Assembly (NCBI GenBank): GCA_965250285.1
Contig: OZ252299.1
Location: forward strand, 640,001-704,000
Length of the DNA: 64,000 bases
Source: Myxococcota bacterium
GTDB lineage: Bacteria; Myxococcota_A; UBA9160; UBA4427
Reading direction: 5' to 3'
In this document: positions 9,011-22,602 of the stretch, piece after piece
Layout of the letters: every line of letters begins with the position of its first letter
Numbering within the stretch: position 1 is the first letter of the stretch
The notes under the pieces: model-generated
What the model saw: only the letters and a program-made list of their open reading frames with translations
Databases searched by the model: none
What the model was told of the DNA's origin: nothing
Position numbers and translations under genes: made by a program

Positions 9011-11337
9011 ATGAATCCTGGGTGGGTCGCCGCCGTACTCGCGCTCGGCCTGCTCGCGCCGGCACTGGCGCCAGCCGCCATCGTGCAGCGTCGTCGGGCA
9101 GTGCTCGCGGTCGTCGCCGCGGTGAGTGTCGCCGCGACGCTGGTGATGCTCGACCTCGCAGCGCCCGGGCTCCGACTCTCGATCGACCCGAGCAGCGATC
9201 CGCTGCTGCCCGCCGGCGATCCCGCTCGGGCTTCGCACGCGCGCGCCGTCGCCGACTTCGGTGACGACGAGGTCTACGTCGTGGCCGTGGTCTGCGATGC
9301 GGTCTTCGCGGCACCCTGCCTCGACGCGCTCGAACGCGCGGGTGACCGACTGGCTCGGATGGAGGCCGTGCGCTCGGTGTCGCATCTGATGGACGCGACG
9401 CACTTCGCCTTCGATCCCGAGCTCGAGCAGGTCGACATCGTGCCCTTCATCGAGGCGGTGCCAACCGACCCGATCGAGCTGGCGCGTCTCGAACGCGAGG
9501 CCCTCGCCGACCCGGTGTATCAGCGCATCCTGGTCTCGGACGACGCGCGCACCGCGGCGCTCAACGTGCGGTTCCAGGACATGGACGACGGTGCGTTCAT
9601 CGCCGGTCGCTACGACGCCGCGGTCGTCGAGGTGCTCGAAGAAGAGCTCGGCGGGACGCGCGGCTTCCACATCGCCGGGCGACCGCACGTGAAGGTCGCG
9701 GTCTACGAGGGGATCGTCTCGGATCTGCTGCGACTCGGTCCGCTCGTGGCGATCGCGATGTGGGGCGTGCTCTTCGCTGCGTTCGGCCGACTGCGCGCCG
9801 CCCTGCTCCCGATCGGCGTTGCCGCCGGGGCTGTACTGTGGACCCACGCCGCCCTCGTCGCTGCCGGTGAGGCCCTCGACCTCATCACGGCGCTGCTCGC
9901 GCCGATGCTGCTCGCGGTGGCCAGCGTGTACGGCGTTCACGTGGTGGCGCGATTCGACGAAGCCCGATCGCAGCCCCGGGACGCCCCGACGGCCGCGCTC
10001 CGGGCGCTCGAAGAGATCCGGCTGCCGTCGCTCATCGCCTGCGTGACGACCGTCGTCGGCTTCGGTGCGCTGATGATCTCGGACGTCCCGGCGGTGCAGC
10101 GCTTCGGCGGCTTCGCCTGCATCGGGATCCTCTCGGCGACGCTGCTCGCGCTGACGGCGGTGCCCGCGCTGTGCGCGACCGATTCGGGCGCAGCGGGGTT
10201 CGGGCGAAGTGAGCCCGGCCGACTCGATGCCGGGCTCGGCTGGCTGGCCGACCGGGTTCAGCGCCACGCCGTGGCGATCCTCGCCGTGTCGGGGGTCGTG
10301 ATCGTCGCGTCGGTCGCGCTGATCCCGGGCATCGAGATCGACACCGATCAGCTCTCGAACTTCTCGGCCGAACACCCCGTACGGCTCGACTTCGAGGCCG
10401 TGAACGAGGGGCTGGCCGGCGCGGTCCCGCTCTACGTCGCCGTCGAGGGCGCCGAGCCCGGTGCGCTGCGCCAGCCCGCGCTGCTCGAGTCGGTCGCGAC
10501 CCTGCAGGCGGCGCTCGATCGCGTGACCGGCGTGGGCCGCACGATCTCGGTGCTCGACTCGATGCGGCCGCTCAACCGGGCGTTCGCCGCCGGCGACCCG
10601 GCGGCCGAACGCATCCCCGAGAGCCGCGCCGGCGTGAGCGAGCTCTACTTCATGATGCCGCGCGACGAGACGTCTCGGCTGCTGACACTCGACCATTCCC
10701 GCGCGAACGTCGTCGTGCGCACCGGGCTGGTCGGTTCGAGCGCGCTGCTCGGGCTTTCGGATCGCATCGACGCTGTGATCGCGGCGCATCCGCTCGAAGC
10801 CGGCGCGCGGGCCGAGCTCACGGGGCGCGCGTTGATTCTCGCCCGCGGTGCCGATGGGCTCGCGCGCAGTCAACCGCTCGGCGTCGTGCTCGCCACGCTC
10901 GCGATCGCAGTGCTGGTGTCGGTGTCGCTCGGGTCGGTGCGACTCGGACTCGCGACGATGGTGCCGAACGTCGTCCCCCTGATCGCCTTCTACGGCCTCA
11001 TGGGGCCGGGGCCGCGCATCTGTCGCTGCCGACCAGCCTCGTCGGCAGCATGGCGCTCGGGATCGCCATCGACGACAGCGTGCATTTCATGGTGCGATAC
11101 GGCCGGGAACGGCGCAGCGGCCGCGCGCCCGGGCCGGCGGCGCGAACGACGACACGGCACGTCGGCCGGCCGATCGCGATCACGTCGCTGATGCTCGTGC
11201 TCGGGTTCGGGATCGTCATGGCGAGCCGCTTCTCGACGCTCACCGAGTTCGGCGGGCTGGCGGCCTGGACGATGGCGTCGTGCCTCGTCGCCGATCTCGT
11301 CTTGTTGCCGGCGCTGCTCGTGAAGCTGCGCGTCTGA
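9011..11337 (+). pseudogene. MMPL/RND-family lipid transporter, split by a single-base frameshift (pseudogene or sequencing error)
   Basis: Two MMPL halves; adding one G to the G run at 11002-11005 fuses ...FYGLMG to AGAAHLSLPTSLVGSMALGIAIDDSVHF. Confidence 0.8.
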
Positions 11338-11419
11338 GCACCCGACCCGGCTCGGGGCGTCGTTTGCGACGCTATGTTTGAGCGGTCCGCTCGCTTCCCT
11401 CTCGCACGGTGGTCGCTCC

Positions 11420-12637
11420 ATGACGCTCGATGACATCGACTTGACCCGGCACGATCTCTATCGGCAGGGCTTTCCGCACGAGGTCTTCACGCAGCTGCGC
11501 GCCGAGGCGCCGGTCTGGCGCCATCCCGACGTGCCGGGGCTCTCGGAGACGGTGGGGGAGTCGTTCACCGTGCTGTCGCGGTATGCGGACATCCAGGCGA
11601 CGAACCGCGATGCCGAGACGTTCCTCTCGTGCCGTGGTCCCGGCCTCGGCTACGACGGCACCGGCCTGATGCTGACCGACATGGACGGGCCGTCGCATAT
11701 TCGACAGCGCCGGCTGATCAGCTCGGGCTTCACGCCGCGCATGACCCGGCGACTCGAAGACCAGGCGCGCCAGTGGGCGATCGAAATCGTCGAGGCGGCG
11801 CTCGAGAAGCAGAGCGTCGAGTTCGTGCAGGAGGTCGCCTACCAGCTGCCGATGCACATGATCGCCGACGTGCTCGGGATCCCGCGCGAAGATCGCGAGT
11901 GGCTCTTCACGACGACGAACGACATGCTGCTCGCGGCGGATCCCGATCATCCCATCGACGAGAGCGAGCGTCTCGGACTGGCCGGACAGATCTATGCGTA
12001 CGGGCAGGAGATCGCCGCGCGCAAGCGGGCCGATGCGACCGACGACGTGCTCTCGGTGCTCGCCACCGTCGAAGACGACCAGGGGCCGCTCAGCGAGATG
12101 GAGCTCGATGCGTTCTTCATGCTCCTGACCGTCGCGGGCAGTGAGACGACGCGCAACGCGATCTCGGGTGGGCTGCATCAGCTGCTCGCCGAATCGGCCC
12201 AGCTCGACGCGCTGCGCAAGGATCCGGGCCTGCTCAAGGGGGCGACCGAAGAGATCATTCGCTGGTCGTCGCCGGTGGCCTACTTCCAGCGTGTCGTTGC
12301 GCGCGACACCGAGATCGCGGGCGTGCCCGTTCACGAAGGCGAGCGGCTCACGCTCTGGTACGCCTCGGCCAATCGCGACGACGCCGTCTTCGACGACCCC
12401 TTCCGGTTCGACATTCACCGCGAAAAGAACGAGCACGTCGCGTTCGGCGGCGGTGGCCCGCACTTCTGCCTGGGGGCCCACCTCGCGCGCCGCGAGATCA
12501 CGATCTTGTTCGAAGAGCTGCTGAAACGCACGAGCGAGATCGAGCTGATCGGTGAGCCGACGTACAGCGTGCTCGGCATCGGGAGCCCGATCCTGATGTC
12601 GCTCGGTCAGCTCCCGGTGCGGCTGCGGGCGGCGTGA
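11420..12637 (+). CDS. Cytochrome P450 (CYP125/CYP142-like)
   Basis: AGSETT I-helix; EEIIR; heme motif FGGGGPHFCLG. Confidence 0.92.
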   Translation: MTLDDIDLTRHDLYRQGFPHEVFTQLRAEAPVWRHPDVPGLSETVGESFTVLSRYADIQATNRDAETFLSCRGPGLGYDGTGLMLTDMDGPSHIRQRRLISSGFTPRMTRRLEDQARQWAIEIVEAALEKQSVEFVQEVAYQLPMHMIADVLGIPREDREWLFTTTNDMLLAADPDHPIDESERLGLAGQIYAYGQEIAARKRADATDDVLSVLATVEDDQGPLSEMELDAFFMLLTVAGSETTRNAISGGLHQLLAESAQLDALRKDPGLLKGATEEIIRWSSPVAYFQRVVARDTEIAGVPVHEGERLTLWYASANRDDAVFDDPFRFDIHREKNEHVAFGGGGPHFCLGAHLARREITILFEELLKRTSEIELIGEPTYSVLGIGSPILMSLGQLPVRLRAA

Positions 12638-12692
12638 ACTCGGGCCGGCGCCGCTGGGTCATTGGGCGCCTCCACACCGGCCTCCCGACGGC

Positions 12693-13373
12693 TCAGCCGA
12701 TTGCGGCCTCGGCCTCGGCGCGCAGAGCGTCGATCGCCTGCTTGAAGTCGGGCTGCCCGAAGATGGCCGTGCCCGCGACGAAGTTGCGTGCGCCGGCCCG
12801 CGCGGCCGGTGCGATCGTGCCCGGCTTGATGCCCCCGTCGACCTGCAGGCTCACCTCGCGGCCGCTCTCGTCGATCCAACGGCGCACGACCTCGATCTTG
12901 CGCTCGACGGCGGTGATGTACGACTGCCCGCCGAACCCCGGGTTCACGGTCATCAACAGCACCTGATCGACGTCGCCCAGGACGTCGCGAATCCCCTCCT
13001 CGGGGGACGCCGGGTTCAGCACGACGCACGCTTTCGCGCCGAGCTCCTTGATCTGCGCGACGTTGCGGTGCAGGTGCGGGCAGGCCTCGACGTGCACACC
13101 GACGATGTCGGCACCCGCCGATACGAAGTCGGGCACGTACTTCTCAGGCTCGACGATCATCAGGTGCACGTCGAGGGGCAGGTGCGTCGCTGGCTTGATC
13201 GCCTCGACGACGAAGGGCCCGATCGTCAGGTTGGGGACGAAGCGCCCGTCCATCACATCGACGTGAATCAGGTCGGCGCCGGCGTCGGTCACGCGACGCA
13301 CCTGGTCGCCGAGCTCGGCGATCTTCGAAGCGAGGATCGAGGGCGCGATCTCGACGGTCGTGTGTGCGCTCAT
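12693..13373 (-). CDS. rpe: Ribulose-phosphate 3-epimerase
   Basis: IAPSIL; HVDVMDG; DVHLM; VNPGFGGQ; VDGG. Confidence 0.97.
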   Translation of the reverse strand: MSAHTTVEIAPSILASKIAELGDQVRRVTDAGADLIHVDVMDGRFVPNLTIGPFVVEAIKPATHLPLDVHLMIVEPEKYVPDFVSAGADIVGVHVEACPHLHRNVAQIKELGAKACVVLNPASPEEGIRDVLGDVDQVLLMTVNPGFGGQSYITAVERKIEVVRRWIDESGREVSLQVDGGIKPGTIAPAARAGARNFVAGTAIFGQPDFKQAIDALRAEAEAAIG

Positions 13374-13412
13374 GGGTTCGTTCCCCCGGCCTTCGATTCT
13401 AGGGTGCCTGGT

Positions 13413-14867
13413 CTAGGGCGCCTGCTTGACGATGCGCGCCGCGAAGAACCCGTCGGCGTCGTGCCGATGCGGCAGGGTGTGCAGCTGGCCGCGTTCGTCG
13501 ACCCAGGGCCGCACGGTGTCGGGCAGCTCACTGGGCACTGCGAGCCGGCAGTCGGGGTGTCGCTCGAGGAACGCCTCGACCACCGCCTCGTTCTCCTCTT
13601 CGAGCACGGTGCACGTACTGTAGACGAGCGCGCCGCCGGGCCTCAATACGCCGATGGCCTGATCGAGGATGCGCCCTTGGATCGTCGCGAGCCGGCCGGG
13701 GTCGTCGGGCTCGATGCGCCAGCGCGCGTCGGGGTTGCGACGCAGGCTTCCGATGCCCGAACACGGCGCGTCGACGAGCACGCGGTCGAAGGGTTGCTCG
13801 CTGGCGTCGCGCTCCGTATCCCGGGTCGAGGGCAGATCGCCGAGCGGCCGCGTCGCGTCGCGCGCGATCGTGTGCAGGCTCGAGAGACCGAGTCGCCGGC
13901 AGTCGCGCCCGACGAGCTTGAGGCGCTCGGGATGGCGATCGAGCGCGAGCACGCGGCCTGCCGGCCCGAGTCGCTCGGCGATGCCCGTCGCCTTCGTGCC
14001 GGGCGCGGCGCAGACGTCGAGCACGTGATCGTCGGGCTCGGCGCCCACCATCTCGATCACGAGCTGCGAGGCCTCGTCCTGCACGGTGAAGTCCCCTGCG
14101 ACGAAGGCGGGGTCGCGCCGTGGGTCGCCCTTGCGCGCGAGCACGACGCCGAAGGGCGCGCGCACGCAGGGCGCTGCGTCGGGATGGCGCTCGACGAGCC
14201 GTGGCAGCATGGCGTCGCGTGTCGTGCGCGCGGCATTCACGCGCACCGTGAGGGGCGGCGGGTGATTGCACGCCTCGGCGAAGGCGGCGGCTTCGTCGGC
14301 GCCCCAGTCGCTCACGAGTCGCTCTGCGAGCCACTGCGGCAGCGAGAGCGCATCGCGCAGATGCGCGATGGGGTCGTCTTCGAGGGACGGCGGCTTCCAC
14401 TTCTCGTGGTCGCGCGCGATGCGGCGGAGCACGGCGTTCACGAGACCCGTGGCGCGCTCGGCGTGCAGCGCGCGCACGCAGCGCACCGCCTCGTCGACGG
14501 CGGCGTTGACGGGCACACGATCCATGAACAGGAGCTGATAGGCGCCAGCGCGCAGCGCGGTCACGACGAGCGGTTCGAGATCGGCCAGGGGGCGGTCGAC
14601 GGCCTGCTGCAACACCCAGTCGATGCGCGCGCGCCAGCGCAGCGTGCCGTACACGATCTCGGTCGCCATCGCGCGGTCGGCCGCCGGCAGGTTGCTCTGC
14701 GCGAGCGCCTGGTTGAGCGCGAGGTCGGCGAACGCGCGCAGGCGCTCGACGCGTTCGAGGACGCGGACGGCCAATAGCCGCGACTGCGTGGGCGAACCGG
14801 CCTTGCGGCCCGCGCCCGGGGCCGGGCCGGTGCGCTGGTGTCGACCGCCGGGCTTGCGGCCGCTCAT
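13413..14867 (-). CDS. rsmB: 16S rRNA m5C967 methyltransferase RsmB
   Basis: NusB-like N-terminal domain; QDEASQ; DVCAAPGTK; DAPCSG; YSTCT; DGFF. Confidence 0.95.
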   Translation of the reverse strand: MSGRKPGGRHQRTGPAPGAGRKAGSPTQSRLLAVRVLERVERLRAFADLALNQALAQSNLPAADRAMATEIVYGTLRWRARIDWVLQQAVDRPLADLEPLVVTALRAGAYQLLFMDRVPVNAAVDEAVRCVRALHAERATGLVNAVLRRIARDHEKWKPPSLEDDPIAHLRDALSLPQWLAERLVSDWGADEAAAFAEACNHPPPLTVRVNAARTTRDAMLPRLVERHPDAAPCVRAPFGVVLARKGDPRRDPAFVAGDFTVQDEASQLVIEMVGAEPDDHVLDVCAAPGTKATGIAERLGPAGRVLALDRHPERLKLVGRDCRRLGLSSLHTIARDATRPLGDLPSTRDTERDASEQPFDRVLVDAPCSGIGSLRRNPDARWRIEPDDPGRLATIQGRILDQAIGVLRPGGALVYSTCTVLEEENEAVVEAFLERHPDCRLAVPSELPDTVRPWVDERGQLHTLPHRHDADGFFAARIVKQAP

Positions 14868-14904
14868 CGCGCGTCTCCGCGCAGCGGGTTCATCGACGGC
14901 GTAT

Positions 14905-15957
14905 TCACGTGGAGGCTCCCCGATCGGGCGGGGTCGGGTCGAAGCGCGCCGGGCCCGACAGCGCATGGCCGCGCAGGAAGGCGTCGGTGGGCATGGCCTT
15001 CTTGCCTTCGCGCTGCACCTCGAGCGGGACGAGCCATCCATCGCCCGTACCGACGAGCAGCGCCGGCGCCCCGCCGCCCGCGCCGAGCACCACGCTGCCG
15101 GGCTTCGCGGTGAGCGGGGGCGTTTCGTCTTCGGTGGCGACGCGGGCACGCAGCACGCGCAGCGCGATGCGCTGTTCGCCGTCTTCGAGCGTGGCGAACG
15201 CACCCGGTCGCGGGGCCATGCCGTGCACGTGACGCACCAGCGTGTGCGCCGGTCGCCGCCAGTCGATCCAGCCGTCCGCCTTCTCGAGCTTGGGTGCGAG
15301 CGTCATCTGTTTTGCATCCTGTGCCTGCCAGCGCACCGTGCCGTCGGCGATTTGATCCAGCGCCTCGACCAGCGCCGGCCCCGCCATGTCGCCGAGGCGC
15401 GCGGTCAGCTCGGCGGTGTTCTCCATCGGGTCGATGGGCGTCGCGGCCACGAGCGCGACCGGGCCGGCGTCCATCTTGCGATCGACTCGCATGACCGAGA
15501 TGCCGGTCTCGGCGTCGCCGTCGAGGATCGACTGCGCGATGGGCGATGCGCCGCGGTGGCGGGGCAGCAGGCTGGCGTGGGCGTTGATCATGAACCCCTT
15601 CGAAGGCAGCTCGCGCACCGACTTCGGAATGAACTGTCCGAACGCGACGACGACGCCGACGTCGGGCGTGGTCGCGCGCAGCGCCTCGACGCAGTCGGGC
15701 GCACCGACCTTCTCGGGTCTCAGGAGCGGCACGCCGAGCTCGAGCGATCGCGCCGAGACAGGCGAGGGCGACGTCTTGCGGCCGCGGCCGCGCGGACGGT
15801 CGGGCTGGCTCACGACGCAAACCACCTCGTGTCGACTCGCGACGATCGTGTCGAGGCTGTTCAGGGCGATGTCGGGCGTGCCGAGAAAGACGACGCGAAG
15901 GCCGGGGGCGCGCGCCGCCCCTCGCGCTTGGGGGGCCTGAGAGGAGGAAGGGCTCAG
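14905..15957 (-). CDS. fmt: Methionyl-tRNA formyltransferase (probable CTG start overlapping the def stop)
   Basis: FLGTPD; SQPDRP; NAHASLLPRHRGASPI; MDAGP; located between def and rsmB. Confidence 0.93.
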   Translation of the reverse strand: MSPSSSQAPQARGAARAPGLRVVFLGTPDIALNSLDTIVASRHEVVCVVSQPDRPRGRGRKTSPSPVSARSLELGVPLLRPEKVGAPDCVEALRATTPDVGVVVAFGQFIPKSVRELPSKGFMINAHASLLPRHRGASPIAQSILDGDAETGISVMRVDRKMDAGPVALVAATPIDPMENTAELTARLGDMAGPALVEALDQIADGTVRWQAQDAKQMTLAPKLEKADGWIDWRRPAHTLVRHVHGMAPRPGAFATLEDGEQRIALRVLRARVATEDETPPLTAKPGSVVLGAGGGAPALLVGTGDGWLVPLEVQREGKKAMPTDAFLRGHALSGPARFDPTPPDRGAST

Positions 15958-16475
15958 GACTCTTCCTCTTCGCGCAGCTGCTTCTTGCGCTTCTTGACGT
16001 AGCGGCTGCGCTTCAGAAAGCTGATGCGGTCGATGAACAGCTTGCCGTCGAGGTGGTCGTACTCGTGCTGCATGCACACCGCCCGCAGGCCGGTGCACTC
16101 CTCGGTGAATTCCTTGCCATCCAGGTCGAGAGCCTTGATCGTCACCTCGGCGGCGCGCTCGACGTCGGCGGTGAGGTCGGGCACCGAGAGGCATCCCTCC
16201 TCCCAGGTGATCTTGCCCTCGGTGCGCACGAACTCGGGGTTGATCAGCACCGTGGGGTTCTTCGAGCCGTCTTCTTCGGTCCAGTCGGTGTCGATCACGA
16301 ACATGCGGATCGCCTCGCCCACCTGGGGCGCAGCCAGCCCGATGCCCGGCTCGTCGTACATCACTTCGCACATGTCGCGCGCGAGCTCGCGAATCTCGTC
16401 GGTGATCTCTTCGATCGGCTTCGACACGCGCTTCAGACGCGGATCGGGGAACTGCAGAACTTCGAGAAGGGCCAT
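15954..16475 (-). CDS. def: Peptide deformylase
   Basis: GIGLAAPQ; EGCLS; QHEYDHLDG. Confidence 0.97.
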   Translation of the reverse strand: MALLEVLQFPDPRLKRVSKPIEEITDEIRELARDMCEVMYDEPGIGLAAPQVGEAIRMFVIDTDWTEEDGSKNPTVLINPEFVRTEGKITWEEGCLSVPDLTADVERAAEVTIKALDLDGKEFTEECTGLRAVCMQHEYDHLDGKLFIDRISFLKRSRYVKKRKKQLREEEES

Positions 16476-16659
16476 CGATCGCCTCGTGCCAGCGACCCGC
16501 ACCGCGAAGCGCGCCGCCCGCGCGGCTCGTTCGGTGCGGATCCGATTGGTGCGGGGGTGGTTCGATGCGCGCGGAGCCGGGGCATGAACACCCCCGCGCC
16601 CGCCCGCTCGAGGCGCTCGGGAGAAGCGCTAACCCCCCGAATCACCGCCGGTTTCGGCG

Positions 16660-19146
<2,487 letters not shown>

Positions 19147-19216
19147 CGGCGGGGGGTCCGCGCTGCGCGAAGCGGCGTGCTCATGTCGGCAGTCTAGCGG
19201 CGCGGGCTCGCGCCGG

Positions 19217-20014
19217 ATGCAGGAGAGTCGAAGCTTGGCCAAGGCGCCGCGCTCGAAAGAGAAGAACGAGGGGCGCCGGGTCGACACGCCCCGCCAGCGC
19301 CGAAAGCGAGCTGGGCGCTCGGAACGGGCGTCGCGCGTGCGTGTTCAGGAGAGTCGCTACGGCCGCGAGCTGATCGTCGACGAAACCTTCGCGAGCCTCT
19401 ACCGCCCGGGCGACGCATCGACGGGCTCGGTGTGGGATGCGATCGGCGCGCCGCTGTTGCTGCGGCCGCCGACGGCGCGGCATCGCCTGCTCGTGCTCGG
19501 GCTCGGTGGCGGCAGCGTCGCGAGGCAGCTGCGCCGGCTCGCGCCCGCGGCGCAGATCGTCGCGGTGGAGCTCGACCGCGAGGTCGTCGACGTGGCCCGG
19601 GCCGAGTTCGATCTCGACGAGCTCGGCCTCGAGGTGATCATCGACGACGCGCTGGCGGTGCTCGAGCGCGAGCGCAGACGTTTCGACGCGATCTTCGAAG
19701 ACGTCTTCATCGGGCGGGGGGACGGCGTGCACAAGCCCGATTGGATCCCGTCGCCCGGCCACGACCTCGCGGCCAGGAGACTCAAGCCCGGGGGCGTCCT
19801 CGTGACGAACACGCTCGACGAGGCGCCGGCCGTCGGCCGGGCCCTGTCGGCGCGCTTCGAACACGTGGTGTCGATCGGCATCGACGAGTTCGACAACCGT
19901 GTGCTCGTCGCGAGCGACGCGACGTTCGATGCGAAGAGCCTGCGCGCGTCGGTGGCGGCGACGCCGCTCTATGACGACGCGTTGCCCGCGCTGTCGTTTC
20001 GCACGCTGGTCTAG
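19217..20014 (+). CDS. Spermidine synthase-like class I SAM-dependent methyltransferase (start may be GTG at 19337)
   Basis: LVLGLGGGS; VELDREVV; DDA; RLKPGGVLVTN. Confidence 0.8.
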   Translation: MQESRSLAKAPRSKEKNEGRRVDTPRQRRKRAGRSERASRVRVQESRYGRELIVDETFASLYRPGDASTGSVWDAIGAPLLLRPPTARHRLLVLGLGGGSVARQLRRLAPAAQIVAVELDREVVDVARAEFDLDELGLEVIIDDALAVLERERRRFDAIFEDVFIGRGDGVHKPDWIPSPGHDLAARRLKPGGVLVTNTLDEAPAVGRALSARFEHVVSIGIDEFDNRVLVASDATFDAKSLRASVAATPLYDDALPALSFRTLV

Positions 20015-20059
20015 CGGGTTGGTCCGCCGGCTCGGGCGCTGCTGGCCCGCCCCGCGTCG

Positions 20060-20878
20060 TCATCGCTCGTCGTCGAGGAATTGCAGCACCACGTGATTGA
20101 AGCGCTCGGCGCTCTCGGCCATCACGATGTGGGCGCCGTAGCTGAGCGTCACCAGCTGGCTGTCGGGGATCAGGTCGGCCAGCTCACGGTGAAACTTCGG
20201 TGGCGTCAGCTGATCGTGGCGACCGCAGATGATCATGGTCGGGTGGGGCAGGCTGCCGAGCCGATCGGCGGCGTCGTGCGCGATGCTGGCGTCGAACTGG
20301 CGGATGATCAGGTCCTCGCTGAACGGGATGTCGACCGGGTCGACCGGCCGCGTCATCGACTTGACGAGGTCGGCCTCTTCGAGGGTCTCGTCCTGCATGG
20401 TCCAGAGCATGCGCTGGTAGACCATCGAAGAGAACGGCACGCCGTCCTGCATCATGTGCGCCCAATGCTTCAGCAGGATCACCCGCTTGGCGTCGGGTTT
20501 GGCATACGTGCCGACCAGCACGAGCTTGCGCACCAGGTCGGGATCGGTGATCGCGAGCTCCTGCGCGACCATGCCGCCCATGAAGGTGCCGAGCACGTCG
20601 ACGGGGCCGAGGCCGAGCGCCCGCACGAGCGCGCCCGCGTCGGCGGCGAGGTCGGCGATCGTGAACGTGCCGCCGGGGTCCGCGCTCTCACCGATGCCGC
20701 GATGATCGAAGATCAGCACGGCGCGCGTCTGGACGAATTCGGGCAGCTGCAGGGCGTGCCATCCCGAGCACGCACCGGCCATCCCCGTGACGAGCATCAG
20801 CGGAGGCCCCGCGGCTTCGCCCGACGGCTGGTGCAGCTCGTAGTAGAGAGGGCGACCGTAGACTTCGGCCAGCGGCAT
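20060..20878 (-). CDS. Alpha/beta fold hydrolase with atypical nucleophile elbow
   Basis: FDHRGIGES; GTFMGG in place of GxSxG; GRHD; GAH. Confidence 0.85.
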   Translation of the reverse strand: MPLAEVYGRPLYYELHQPSGEAAGPPLMLVTGMAGACSGWHALQLPEFVQTRAVLIFDHRGIGESADPGGTFTIADLAADAGALVRALGLGPVDVLGTFMGGMVAQELAITDPDLVRKLVLVGTYAKPDAKRVILLKHWAHMMQDGVPFSSMVYQRMLWTMQDETLEEADLVKSMTRPVDPVDIPFSEDLIIRQFDASIAHDAADRLGSLPHPTMIICGRHDQLTPPKFHRELADLIPDSQLVTLSYGAHIVMAESAERFNHVVLQFLDDER

Positions 20879-20982
20879 TCCAGACTCCTTCGCAGAGATC
20901 GAGCCTGCGTCGACCTATCATACGTCCGATGCGTCGCGTTCGACATGTCGGTCGGCGCGCAAAGCAGGCGTGGGAGAGATTC

Positions 20983-21954
20983 ATGGAGTTCGGATTCGCC
21001 CCGGTGCAGTCGCGCCCCCGCTTCGACGAGATGCAGGCCCAGGCTCGGCTCGCCGAAGAGCTGGGCTACGCCGCGCTCTGGGCACACGAACACCACTCGC
21101 AGGGCATGATGTATCCCGACCCGTTGATGACGCTGGCGGCGCTGGCTCCGCTGACCCGGCGCATCGGACTCGGTACGAACATGCTGCTGCTGCCGATCCA
21201 TCACCCCGTTCGGGTCGCGCAAGCGGCGGCCATGCTCGACGTGCTGAGCGAAGGGCGAGCGCGGCTCGGCGTTGCGAACGGGTACTCGGCCCACGATCTG
21301 CGGGCGTTCGGGATGACCGGTCGTCACCGCGGGCACCGGCTCGACTCGGGCCTGCAGCTGATCCGCGACCTGTGGTCGGGCGAGCCCGTGACGGCCAGAG
21401 GCGACGACTTCGACCTCGAAGGCTTCGAGCTCTTTCCTCGGCCCGTGCAGCCCGGCGGTCCGCCGATCTACGTGGGGGGGCACGCCGAGGTGGCCGTGCG
21501 CCGGGCGGCTCGGCTCGGAGACCACTATCTGATCTCGACGACCCAGGTCGCGAGCGAGATCCCCGGGTTGGTTGCCACGTATCACGCTGCGCTCGCCGAG
21601 CTCGGCGCGGCCCCGCGTTCGCCGACCCTCAACCGCATCGTCTGCGTGGTCGACGACGCAGCGAAGAAGCAGGAGGCCGAGCGCTTCTTTGCGCGCGCCC
21701 TGATCCAGCTCTACGAGGCCTGGGGCCACAGCAACGTGACGTCGCTCGACGAAGATGCGCGCGCGCACCGCACGCTCTGCGACGAGCACTTCATCATCGG
21801 TGAGCCGAGCGAGTGCACCGAGCGCGTGCAGTCGTACGCCGAGATGGGCGTCGGTCACATCGCCTGCTTGATGAACTTCGGCGGGCCCGACCTCGCGTGG
21901 GTCGATCGATCGATGCGCCTGCTCGCCGAGCAGGTCATGCCCAAGGTTTCGTGA
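20983..21954 (+). CDS. LLM-class (luciferase-like) flavin-dependent oxidoreductase
   Basis: AEELGY..LW.HEHH; LDVLSEGR; PRPVQPGGPPIYVGG. Confidence 0.9.
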   Translation: MEFGFAPVQSRPRFDEMQAQARLAEELGYAALWAHEHHSQGMMYPDPLMTLAALAPLTRRIGLGTNMLLLPIHHPVRVAQAAAMLDVLSEGRARLGVANGYSAHDLRAFGMTGRHRGHRLDSGLQLIRDLWSGEPVTARGDDFDLEGFELFPRPVQPGGPPIYVGGHAEVAVRRAARLGDHYLISTTQVASEIPGLVATYHAALAELGAAPRSPTLNRIVCVVDDAAKKQEAERFFARALIQLYEAWGHSNVTSLDEDARAHRTLCDEHFIIGEPSECTERVQSYAEMGVGHIACLMNFGGPDLAWVDRSMRLLAEQVMPKVS

Positions 21955-22000
21955 ATGTCGGGGTGCGCGCCGCGGGCGCGCGCGTCGGTCGCCGCGTGCG

Positions 22001-22591
<591 letters not shown>

Positions 22592-22602
22592 TTAGGCAGG
22601 GC

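Noticed and set aside
14864..14960. Possible frameshift near the fmt 3' end, since another frame ends in an ATGA overlap with rsmB
   Set aside because: Fmt is already complete (past LEVQREGKKAM...FLRG) in its own frame, so the overlap may be chance
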